Source of the DNA: Candidatus Saccharimonadota bacterium | GTDB taxonomy: Bacteria; Pseudomonadota; Alphaproteobacteria; Rickettsiales; Anaplasmataceae | Assembly: GCF_013365495.1 (NCBI RefSeq) | Contig: NZ_CP046580.1 | Location: 60,001-92,000, forward strand | DNA length: 32,000 bases | Reading direction: 5' to 3' | Part shown: piece after piece, positions 19,171 through 28,849 of the stretch | Position numbering within the stretch: position 1 is the stretch's first letter | Layout: each line of letters starts with the position of its first letter | The notes under the pieces: generated by a model | The model's database searches: none | What the model was told of the DNA's origin: nothing | Seen by the model: the letters and a program-made list of their open reading frames with translations, nothing else | Translations under genes and position numbers: made by a program

Positions 19171-20498
19171 CTGAAAGTTTAAATTTTATATTTGATAAAA
19201 TTAAGGGGAAGTCAATCATTTCTGAGGGCGATTTTGACCTTGCTATGCGTGAAATACGCATTGCTCTTATTGAGGCTGACGTTTCTCTTGAAGTTATAAA
19301 AAAATTTATTAATGGTGTTAAAAATAAAGTAATAGGGGAGCAGATTATAAAAAGTGTTTCTCCAACACAAATGATAATTAAAATTGTGCAGGACAATTTA
19401 GTTGAGATTCTTGGATCAGAGAGAAGTGAGTTAAATTTAACAGTTAAACCTCCTGCTATAATTATGATGGTAGGTTTGCAAGGTGTAGGTAAGACAACTG
19501 CTTCAGGAAAACTTGCTTTAAAGTTAAAAAAGCAAAAGAAAAAAGTGATACTTGCATCTTTAGATATTTATAGACCTGCTGCTCAGAAGCAGCTTGCAGT
19601 GCTTGGAAAACAAATAGAGGTGCAAACTTTACCTATAGTGTCGTGTGAAGAGCCTATTGCAATTACAAAAAGAGCACTGGCGGTAGCGAAAAGTGATGAT
19701 TATGATATATTGATACTAGATACTGCAGGTAGACTTCATATCGACAACAATATGATGAATGAGCTAAGAGCTATAAAAGAAATAACTTCTGCAAGTGAAG
19801 TGATTTTAGTAGTTGATGCAATGGTTGGTCAAGATGCAGTAAATATTGCCAAGTCATTCAGTGAAATAATAGGTGTAACTGGTATTATTCTTACTCGTGT
19901 TGATGGTGATACACGAGGCGGTGCTGCTCTTTCTATGAAAATGGCAACTGATTGTCCAATCAAGTTTATTACTTGTGGTGAAAAATTAAGTGACATTGAT
20001 GATTTTTATCCAGATAGAATAGCAAAAAGAATACTTGATATGGGTGATGTTGTCTCATTGGTTGAAAAAGCTGCTGAGATAGTTGGTCAGGAAAAAATTG
20101 ATAAACTACAAGAAAAGATAAAAAAAGGTAGATTTGACTTAAATGATTTGGTAGGAATGTTGAAAACCTTAAAAAAAATGGATGGTATTAGCAATATAAT
20201 AAAATTTATTCCAAGCTCATTTACAAAAAAGCTAAGCAGTAGCATACCAGATGATAGTAAAGTGAAAAAATACATAGCTATCATAAATTCAATGACTGAA
20301 AAAGAAAAGCAAAATCCAGGTATTTTAAATGGCAAGAGAAGGCTCAGAATTGCCAAAGGCTCTGGAACAAGAGTACCAGATATCAATCTTCTGATTAAAC
20401 AATATGATCAAATGAGTGCAGTGGTTAGTAAATTTGGTAAAGTTGATTATAGTAAACTTAAAGAATCTGATTTAGTAGACATTCTAAATAGGAAGTAA
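19155..20498 (+). CDS. ffh: Signal recognition particle protein Ffh
   Basis: 447-aa track ORF. GTPase motifs are present (MMVGLQGVGKTT, DTAGRLH, ILTRVDGDTRGGAALS), followed by a Met/Lys-rich M domain. Its start overlaps the upstream gene by 16 nt, which suggests translational coupling. Confidence 0.95.
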   Translation: MFKSLTESLNFIFDKIKGKSIISEGDFDLAMREIRIALIEADVSLEVIKKFINGVKNKVIGEQIIKSVSPTQMIIKIVQDNLVEILGSERSELNLTVKPPAIIMMVGLQGVGKTTASGKLALKLKKQKKKVILASLDIYRPAAQKQLAVLGKQIEVQTLPIVSCEEPIAITKRALAVAKSDDYDILILDTAGRLHIDNNMMNELRAIKEITSASEVILVVDAMVGQDAVNIAKSFSEIIGVTGIILTRVDGDTRGGAALSMKMATDCPIKFITCGEKLSDIDDFYPDRIAKRILDMGDVVSLVEKAAEIVGQEKIDKLQEKIKKGRFDLNDLVGMLKTLKKMDGISNIIKFIPSSFTKKLSSSIPDDSKVKKYIAIINSMTEKEKQNPGILNGKRRLRIAKGSGTRVPDINLLIKQYDQMSAVVSKFGKVDYSKLKESDLVDILNRK

Positions 20499-21560
20499 AG
20501 AAGCTTTTTTTTAAAAAAAGGTTATATTAATGGTATGTAATAAGCTTATTAAAGCTTATGATTATTCTTATATCATAATTTTAAAAACTTTAATCATTTA
20601 CTTAAGAAAGCTGATATATTAATTTTTTTTATTTGGTTTTGTAATGCTATAGTTTTGAGTTAAAATTTACTTTAGGCTTTCTGGAGATTTTCTATATTTA
20701 GTACGTATTAGGTGCTATTTTTCATGGTCTTTTATATTTTTTTTTAAAGTTTAATAGTTTTGTTCTTTGTTAACTTATTTATCACCACTGTTGCTTTGTT
20801 TTTTTAATCTTCTATTTTATTATTCTTGCCACCTGACATTTTTTATTTATAGTAAAAATAATTCTCTTTAATAAGATTATGTAATGCTTGATATAATTTA
20901 TAAAGACTGTTTTCTCTTGAATTTAAATTAAACTTTGGAAATTTTGTAGTTCTTAATAAAATATTTAATTTCTTTTCTCGTATTAATTACTTTTTTATGC
21001 TTTATTTTTGTTTATTCTCAATGTCATTTAGCTACTATGCTATGATTCTGCCTAGAAAGTATTTTCCCTTATTTAATTACAACATAATTATTTTTTATAT
21101 TGATTATTGTGGTAAATTTTTTATATTTGTCAGTGTTATAAATACTGTTTCAGTTTATAGTTTTGAGTTGATTATCTGAATTGCTTTTCATTATGTAATT
21201 TTTATCTACTTATTTAGGTAGTCTTTTCTTTAAATTTTTACATCCTCTTAAAGAATTGTTTGAGTTTTATATAAGTTTATGAATTAATTTTATTTTTTGT
21301 TTTGGTAAAGCTTTTAGAATGTGTTATTATTTAATAGCTTGTAGTTGTTTTTTAAGATTGTTATTATTTCTAATAAAATAGATAAACTTTTTAAGTAAGA
21401 TGGTAATTATTGCTAGTATTTATTGTGTTATTTTATGTTATATTTAGTTTTGTTAATTTAAAATATATTCATTTAATAATAATTATTAATTATAATATAA
21501 TTAATATAGAATAATTACCTCTTCTCAAATATAGAATTTGTATTACAATACCTAAATTAT

Positions 21561-22271
21561 ATGAAAATAAGGTATTTTATGGGTGAGAAAAAATTAAGAG
21601 CTATTGTGGTTTTATCAGGGTGTGGTTATCTTGATGGTACTGAGGTAAGAGAGGGGGTCTTAAGTTTACTAGCTTTAGATCAGCAAGAGGTTAAAGTTCA
21701 ATGTTTTGCACCAGATATAGGTATTACACAAGTTATAGACCATAAAACAAAGGAGGCAACGCAAGAAAAAAGAGATGTACTTGTAGAAGCGGCAAGAATT
21801 GCAAGAGGTGAGGTATATGATCTTAAAGAAGCAAAAGCTGAAGATTTTGATATGTTAGTTATACCTGGTGGATATGGGATTATAAAAAATTTGTCTGATT
21901 TAGCTGAAAAGAGAGATATAGTCACAGTACTACCTGAATTTGAAAGATTAGTTTCTGAATTTTTTATAGCAAGAAAACCAATAGGGGCAATATGTATATC
22001 TCCAGCAATAGTTACTTTGATTTTGAGTAGTAGGATTAATAAAGAAAAGAATAGGATTAAAGTAACAATAGGAGATGATAAAGAAAAATTGATAGAAAAG
22101 CTTGGTGGTGAGCATATTAAGTGTGATACAAAGTTGTCAATAGAAGATGAGGAACATAATATATTTTCTTGTTCTGCTTATATACGTAGTGATGAAAGTA
22201 TATACTCTGTATATCAAGGAATAAAACATATGATTGATAGTATGGTAAAGAAGATTAATAGGAAGAGTTAG
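21561..22271 (+). CDS. elbB: ElbB-type DJ-1/PfpI superfamily protein (isoprenoid biosynthesis / glyoxalase ElbB-like)
   Basis: 236-aa track ORF. Motifs: AIVVLSGCGYLDGTEVREGV, DMLVIPGGYG, and the nucleophile-elbow PIGAICISPA. The real start may be Met7 at 21579. Confidence 0.75.
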   Translation: MKIRYFMGEKKLRAIVVLSGCGYLDGTEVREGVLSLLALDQQEVKVQCFAPDIGITQVIDHKTKEATQEKRDVLVEAARIARGEVYDLKEAKAEDFDMLVIPGGYGIIKNLSDLAEKRDIVTVLPEFERLVSEFFIARKPIGAICISPAIVTLILSSRINKEKNRIKVTIGDDKEKLIEKLGGEHIKCDTKLSIEDEEHNIFSCSAYIRSDESIYSVYQGIKHMIDSMVKKINRKS

Positions 22272-22384
22272 GTAGCTATTTAGGCTATTATATAACTAAT
22301 TATTGAATTTTGTGTTTAGAAATATATTATAGTTGATGTGCAATATGCATAATTTTTATAATAGTAAACGTTAAGGTATTCTAT

Positions 22385-22732
22385 ATGTCAGATGATTTAT
22401 GGGGTTTTCTTGTAGAAGTGCCTAGTGAAGGTTATATGATTGAAAGCTTATACTGTACAACTAGTGAGTGTAGTTATTATACGGGAAACATTGATCCAAA
22501 TAATATTTGGGAGTTTAATTTGATGTCTCTAGATGGAAAGGTGGTAAAAAAAGTTGGAGTTGATATAGTTGACTTTTTTGAACCAAGGGTTCGTTTTAAT
22601 ATAGATGAAAATGGTAAAAAAATTAATCTAGATATTGCTCCTGAAAATTGTAAGGTTACAGAAGATGGATTTCTTTGTATCAATAAGAATAAACAAGATT
22701 ATAAACTTAAATTCTTAATAAAGAAAATATAA
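22385..22732 (+). CDS. Hypothetical protein (115 aa, no recognisable family)
   Basis: Track ORF with the purine-rich codon usage seen in neighbouring real genes. It has no TM segment or signal peptide, four Cys residues, and a basic C-terminus (KLKFLIKKI). I recognise no motif. Confidence 0.45.
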   Translation: MSDDLWGFLVEVPSEGYMIESLYCTTSECSYYTGNIDPNNIWEFNLMSLDGKVVKKVGVDIVDFFEPRVRFNIDENGKKINLDIAPENCKVTEDGFLCINKNKQDYKLKFLIKKI

Positions 22733-23632
22733 TTTTATTTCAGTATGATCATCCTTTTTTAGATCTTATTTAATAGTAATAGTATGATATATTTAATCAA
22801 ATTAAAGTATATACTTCTTAAGTGTAATCTTTTGTCTATATTTATTTCTTATTATTTTTTTAATTTAGTTTTGCTTTTTGTTAGATATGTTTTTATGTTT
22901 GTTTTCTTTTGGTTCACTGTTACTATTACATGTTAAAATTTACTTTATATTTCTGGTTCTGTACAGTGTGTTTTTTAATCTGTCTTTGTTAAATATTTTA
23001 AATTCATCTTTAAAGTTTGATTTTTCATTAAGCATTATTTTATTAAAGTATTTGTGCTTGTCTATTTGAAGTTATTATGGATTTTTTTTTGATATTTCGT
23101 TCTTAAAGAAAAAGGATAAGCTAATTTTATTTTAAAGTATTTACTTATTTATTAAAACTGGATTTACAGTGTTTTTTATACTAATGTTGTGTGATTAAAT
23201 ATGTTTGGTACAGTGTTTTGGAAATTTTACCTTTATAGGGATTTTAAATTTGATGTATTATTTAATAATAGTTGTTTTAATGGATGTGTTTTTATTATAT
23301 AAATTTTATGACTTAAGAAGTTTAATTACTTCTATAGAGCAGTTTTGATTATTTATTTTAATATTAAACACCATCTAAAGTTTATTTCAATAGTTTTATT
23401 TTTTTAAATAACAAGTAAGTTATATTGAAAGATTAAAGATAAGTGAGAGGAATATTGGTTATGGCTCCTTATTATATATTTTTTATATTTACAGCAATAT
23501 TTTTTTACTTTAAACAAAATATCTTTTCTATGAATATAACTAGGATATAGCTGAATTATAAATATTAATTATTGTTGGTAATAATATTTAAATATAATTA
23601 TTAAAGTTATAGATAATGTTATTCGTGGTAAA

Positions 23633-24817
23633 ATGAACTACATTGTTAATGTATATAATAGATTTGATATACCTATAGTAAAAGGAAAAGGAGTATATCT
23701 TTTTGATAAAGATGGTAAAAAATATTTAGATTTTGCTGCGGGTATTTCTACAACTTCTTTAGGGCACTGTCATCCATATGTTATAAATAAATTAAGGGAG
23801 CAACTAGATTTGTTGTGGCATTGCTCTAATATTGTTACTATCCCACAACAAGAAAGGCTTGCTGAGCGTTTAATATCACTGACTTTTGCAGATAGAGTTT
23901 TTTTTTGTTCAAGTGGAGTTGAGGCAACAGAGGCTATGATTAAATTTATTCGTCGTTATTTTTATTCAAAAGGTCAGAAAAAGCGTTACCGTATAATTTC
24001 AATTGAGGGAGGATTTCATGGACGCAGTATTGCTGCAATTTCTGCTGGAGGAGGAAGAAATAAAAGATTATACGAAGGCTTTGCTCCACTTCTTTCTGGT
24101 TTCGATAAAGTGCCAAGAAATAACATTAAAGCACTAGAAGAAAAGATTACTAGTGAAACAGCTGCTATATTTTTAGAACCTATACAGAGCGAAGGAGGAG
24201 TATATATACTAGATGCAAAGTATCTTCAAAGAGTAAGGGAAATAACAAAAGATCAAGGAATAATTTTATGCTTTGACGAAGTGCAATGTGGATATGGACG
24301 TATAGGTTCATTATTTCATTATCAAAATATAAAAATTGAGCCTGACATATTAACTTGTGCGAAGGCTATGGGAAACGGATTTCCTGTAGCTGCATGTTTA
24401 GTAAAAGATTACATAGCAGAAGCAATGATTCCAGGAACTCATGGATCAACTTATGGTGGTAATCCTCTTGCCATGACTGTTGGCAATGCAGTACTTGATA
24501 TAATGCTGAAGAGAAACTTTTTTAATCATGTTAACGAAATTAGTAAATATTTAAAAGCAAAATTATTGCCTTTGGCTAATGAATTTCCAAAAATAATCTC
24601 AGAAATTCGTGGAGAAGGTTTATTGATAGGAATAGAGCTTAAAGTGCCTTTTGCTGATAAGATTGTTAGTCGATCTCTTGCTAAAGGTTTAATAATGACT
24701 AAAGTTTTAAATAATAGGGTGATAAGAATAACTCCTCCACTTATTATTGAAAATAAACATGTGGATATAGCATGTAATATACTTTATAGTTTATTTTTTG
24801 AGGCTCAAAGCATGTAA
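23633..24817 (+). CDS. argD: Acetylornithine/succinyldiaminopimelate aminotransferase (class III PLP aminotransferase)
   Basis: 394-aa track ORF. Motifs: SGVEATEAMIKF, DEVQCGYGRIG, TCAKAMGNGFPVAA (PLP lysine) and THGSTYGGNPLA. Confidence 0.9.
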   Translation: MNYIVNVYNRFDIPIVKGKGVYLFDKDGKKYLDFAAGISTTSLGHCHPYVINKLREQLDLLWHCSNIVTIPQQERLAERLISLTFADRVFFCSSGVEATEAMIKFIRRYFYSKGQKKRYRIISIEGGFHGRSIAAISAGGGRNKRLYEGFAPLLSGFDKVPRNNIKALEEKITSETAAIFLEPIQSEGGVYILDAKYLQRVREITKDQGIILCFDEVQCGYGRIGSLFHYQNIKIEPDILTCAKAMGNGFPVAACLVKDYIAEAMIPGTHGSTYGGNPLAMTVGNAVLDIMLKRNFFNHVNEISKYLKAKLLPLANEFPKIISEIRGEGLLIGIELKVPFADKIVSRSLAKGLIMTKVLNNRVIRITPPLIIENKHVDIACNILYSLFFEAQSM

Positions 24818-25403
24818 ATGCTAAAGTATATAAAAATTAACATACAGGATTCAAGCTCGATAAATGTTTCTTATTAAATATAAATTAACTCTATTTTTAT
24901 CATAGTTATATTGTTTTTAATGTATAATTATCTTTTTCAAAGTATTATAAAAGTTTGTATTTACTGATTCTATCGTTCTGATTTTAGAGTAAAGATAAGG
25001 TTACTTCAATAAATCATTCTTGAATTGATAAATTAAAGCTGGGGGATAGCACAAAAGCAAAGCTAAAATCATTGCTTATGTTAAGTAAAAAGAATTGACA
25101 ATAGGTATAATATTATTGGTTAATACGATGATTAATATACATGTTATGTTTTTATTTATAGTGATAGAATTTTTTAAGCATTTTGGGTAAAAATAAAGAT
25201 GTTGGTGATAGTTATAATGACTTTTGTATTGTTGTCTGTGAGGTATTATCAGAAATTTGTTTTATGTTTTGTAAATTTTGAATAATGTTATATTATTTTT
25301 TGCTTATTTTATACTTTTTTATCAATATTTTTTCTTCATTAATATTAAGGTATTAAGTTTGTTGTTGATTTTATTTTTAAATGAGATTAGAATCAATGAT
25401 AGG

Positions 25404-25435
25404 GAAGTAGAAGTAATATTTGAAGTAGATGTAAT
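25404..25435. repeat. 18-bp tandem microduplication
   Basis: gaagtagaagtaat (25404-25417) and gaagtagatgtaat (25422-25435) are identical at 13 of 14 positions, with a period of 18 bp. Confidence 0.6.
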
Positions 25436-26439
25436 GGTGTAGTATGTTTTTTTCTTATTAAGAGAACCATATTACAATAGAATTTAGATATGCTAAGTCA
25501 GATATTCGATTTAGTCGAGATAAAAATATTAATGTTGTGACTCACAGAGGAACCTATTTTCTTTTTAACATAGATTAAAATAAAGAGAAATTAATAAAAG
25601 AAATTTTTACTATTAATTGCCATGGGTGGGCTTTGCGAAAGAACAGAAAATATTATATCTCGTAAGAAATCTAATAAGATATTTATTTGAAAAGATAATA
25701 GAAAAAAATTAAGTTGCTTAAATTGTGTGTAAGTCTTATGTTTTTTTATTAAAAAAGCAATACTTGCTATACGCTGCATTATTTTCGTAAAATAGAAAAT
25801 ATTTTTGCGTTCATTATTAAATGAATTGATGTATAGGGAATTGTAGTTTTTTAAGATGATATTCTAAAGGAATAGTTAAAAAAATTTATGGTGTATTTTC
25901 TCACAGGGAATTTTATAAAAAAATATTTATATATGTATCACATGAAAAGTTTGATATTGTGATGTTATGATAATTACACGTAGCCTTTCAGAAGAAAATG
26001 ACCTTTTTTTCTCTTTTTGGTAGGATATATTTATTAAAATGAGATAGAATATAATTTTTAATTTAAGGTAAGAATTTTTTACGTATTGTAAAATTTTAAT
26101 ATTAAAAAAAAATAAAAATGCTATTACTGTTATTGAAGTGCAGGTAAAAATTGATAATACTGTAACAGTGGTCAGTAGTTAGAGTTTATAAAAGTTATGG
26201 TAAGAATAATAGTGTAAATTGAAAGAGATACGTAGAAAAGAATGAAAGTTTGAATAAGAAAAGGAAAAAAAATATGCAAATTGCATTTATGACATGTCTA
26301 GAAATTTTAGATAATGTTGAATACAGAAGTATGAAACAAGTATTAGAGATTAAGAAAGATGTTTAAAAAAAAGAATAAAAGAAATATTGCTCGATACTAT
26401 AAATATGTATAGAAATAAGGGTTTGTTAAAAAAAACTAA

Positions 26440-27066
26440 GTGAATAATAGAATTGTAATTGGAATAAGTGGAGCATCTGGTTCTATTTATGGTATACGTC
26501 TCTTAGAGATATTAAAAGAAGTTAATAGGTCTATTGAACTTGCCACGATAGATCCTAATACTCTACGTTGGAATGATACTAAGATAGATTATGAAACTCA
26601 TTTGGTAATAAGTCGTGCTGGAAAAATAACTATAGCTTATGAAGTTACAGAGAAACTTGAAGATATTATATCACTTGCAGATTTTTACTATTCTGAAGAG
26701 AGAATAGGAGAAAAGATAGCAAGTAGCTCGTTTCAAACTTTAGGAATGATTATTGCTCCGTGTTCTATAAAAACAATGTCTGAGATTGCATCAGGTGTAA
26801 CTTCTAATCTATTAACAAGAGCTGCGGATGTAACATTAAAAGAAAGAAGAAAATTAATTCTTATGGTGCGAGAATCACCATTGCATCTTGGTCATTTACA
26901 GAGTATGTTAAGACTAACGAAAATGGGAGCAATTATTGCTCCCCCAGTGCCAGCTTTTTATATTAAGCCAAAATCTTTAGAAAATATTATCAACCACTCT
27001 ATTGCTAAGGTATTGAGTTTATTTGATATTAAATTACCTCTTCTCAAGGAATGGCAAGGGGTATGA
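26440..27066 (+). CDS. ubiX: Flavin prenyltransferase UbiX
   Basis: 208-aa track ORF with a GTG start. Motifs: GISGASGSIYGIRLL, APCSIKTMSEIASG, LLTRAADVTLKERRKLILMVRESPLH and PPVPAFY. Confidence 0.92.
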   Translation: MNNRIVIGISGASGSIYGIRLLEILKEVNRSIELATIDPNTLRWNDTKIDYETHLVISRAGKITIAYEVTEKLEDIISLADFYYSEERIGEKIASSSFQTLGMIIAPCSIKTMSEIASGVTSNLLTRAADVTLKERRKLILMVRESPLHLGHLQSMLRLTKMGAIIAPPVPAFYIKPKSLENIINHSIAKVLSLFDIKLPLLKEWQGV

Positions 27067-27069
27067 CAA

Positions 27070-27993
27070 ATGGCGATTATTATTGACGGTAAAAAAATAG
27101 CAAGTAATCTGCATGAGGAATTGTTGCAAAAAATTAATCTTTTAAAAAGAAAATATAATATTTTTCCTAGCCTTAAAGTAATTCTTGTAGGGCATAATCC
27201 GGCTAGTAGGATATATGTTCATAATAAACAAAAAAAAGCAGAATCAATAGGTATAGATTCTGAAACTATTGTTTTACCTGATAATATCTCAGAAGATAAA
27301 TTAATTGCAAAAATTAATGAATTCAATATAGATCCATCTGTTCATGGCATTTTAGTGCAGTTACCTTTACCAAATCATATTAATGCAAGTAAAATAATTA
27401 ATATAATAAATGTTGAAAAAGACGTAGATGGTTTTCATGATGAAAATGTAGGTAAATTAGTTAAAGGAGAAAGAAATTGTCTCATACCTTGCACTCCTAA
27501 AGGTTCTTTATATTTGATTAAATCAATTGAAGAAAATCTTTGTAGTAAAAATGCAGTTGTGATTGGAAGATCAAATATTGTAGGTAAGCCAATGTTTCAC
27601 TTATTATTGCAAGAAGACTGTACTGTTACTATCTTGCATTCGCAGAGTAGAAATTTAGCTGAGTATTGCTCTAAAGCAGATATAGTAGTTGTGGCAGTTG
27701 GAAAACCAAACTTCATTAAGAAAGGTTGGATAAAAAAAAATTCAATAGTAATTGATATTGGTATAAATAGTATAAATATAGGTGAACGAGCAAAACTCAT
27801 AGGCGACGTTGATTTTGATGGAATAAAAGAAAAAGCTAAAGCTATTACTCCAGTGCCAGGAGGTGTTGGCCCAATGACTATTACATTTTTAATGGTAAAT
27901 ACTGTTATTGCTGCCTGTTTGCAAAAAGGAATTAATATTTCCGATTTAATGCAGAATTTTATAGTTGTGATAGTGATATGGTTATCTAGATGA
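27070..27993 (+). CDS. folD: Bifunctional methylenetetrahydrofolate dehydrogenase/cyclohydrolase FolD
   Basis: 307-aa track ORF. Motifs: [46 protein letters not shown] and [11 protein letters not shown]. It starts 3 nt after ubiX. Confidence 0.93.
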   Translation: MAIIIDGKKIASNLHEELLQKINLLKRKYNIFPSLKVILVGHNPASRIYVHNKQKKAESIGIDSETIVLPDNISEDKLIAKINEFNIDPSVHGILVQLPLPNHINASKIINIINVEKDVDGFHDENVGKLVKGERNCLIPCTPKGSLYLIKSIEENLCSKNAVVIGRSNIVGKPMFHLLLQEDCTVTILHSQSRNLAEYCSKADIVVVAVGKPNFIKKGWIKKNSIVIDIGINSINIGERAKLIGDVDFDGIKEKAKAITPVPGGVGPMTITFLMVNTVIAACLQKGINISDLMQNFIVVIVIWLSR

Positions 27994-28849
27994 AGGACAC
28001 TGAATAGCAAAGTTTAAGATATAAAAATTGCTAAGTAGTATAGAAACTATTCGTATCTATATTTGATGATAAATCGGTCGTTTAGATTAAATAGGTAATA
28101 TCATGCTTTAAAGATCATTAAAGAAAATAATATTTATTCATTCTGAATGAGAATACATAAGGATATTTTAAAGTAATAGAAAGAAATTACAAAGTAAATT
28201 ATAAGTTAGGTATTGATTTTTGTTATATACTAAATTAATGTTATCCGAGGGGGGAGCTTTAAGTTGAAAAAGATAAAAGTAAAAGAAATTAATAGAATAA
28301 AATATAAAATATTTTCATTTTAATAAAAAAGAAGTAATAAAGATTGGGTTAATATCTATTCAGACATTGCATTTTTATATTAATTTATAGTTTAGTACAT
28401 TTCTAATATAAGTAACTCTTAATATAATATTTAATAAGCTTATTCATTAAAAACAGTAGAAAGAATTCTATAGTAAATAGTTTTTATTTCTACCTTAATA
28501 TTACTTTTTTTTTAAATTTTAACTTTGTTTTAACTTACAAAATAAAATTTATGAATGTATAAGGAATCAACACATATAATATAGAAGTTAATTAAAAAGT
28601 AAAATATATAATATTTATATTATTTGATATTTTAAATTAGAGATAACTAAATTTTATAATCCTTCTTTAAGAAGATTACTGGTTTGTAGGTAATTTTACA
28701 TTTTTTATAATCGCTTCCTGATTATACTATGTATTTTAATGACGTTTTTTATTTAATTGATATAATATTATGTATTACCTTTGCTATTTTAATAGTTATT
28801 ACAGAAGCTTTTCTGTCTTGTATATGTATTATAAAACCATCTTTTAAAG

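Noticed and set aside
20501-20521. T8-A7 run just after the ffh stop as a terminator
   Set aside because: The homopolymer T/A hairpin has no G:C pairs and no separate U-tract, so it would be too unstable to call an intrinsic terminator from sequence alone.
20648-21169. Exact 14-mer tatagttttgagtt at 20648-20661 and 21156-21169
   Set aside because: It is a single pair with no extended flanking similarity. At this AT content, a rough estimate puts one chance 14-mer match within a 1-kb spacer on the order of plausible.
20997-21179. 60-aa plus-strand ORF in the ffh-elbB spacer (similar cases: 22878-23069 plus strand, 25591-25779 minus strand)
   Set aside because: These ORFs sit just above the length cut-off. 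Their Phe/Leu/Ile/Tyr-dominated composition follows directly from T-rich DNA. They have no start context or motif, and their codon usage is unlike the purine-rich real genes nearby.
25094-25110. Consensus TTGACA and consensus TATAAT close together
   Set aside because: Only 5 nt separate the two hexamers, against the 16-18 nt needed for a sigma70-type promoter. There is no TGn extended -10 element and no downstream gene within about 1.3 kb.
27597-28010. 137-aa minus-strand ORF from the track
   Set aside because: It lies entirely antisense to the well-supported folD gene. Its sequence is low-complexity Ile/Phe/Thr-rich, and its length is what an AT-rich antisense frame would be expected to give. 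The same reasoning applies to the other track ORFs that are antisense to or overlap confident genes: 175-360, 2495-2692, 7347-7643, 9874-10137, 12234-12419, 16612-16797, 19067-19396, 20087-20386, 21698-21925, 22477-22683, 29833-30096, 30047-30301 and 30664-30966.
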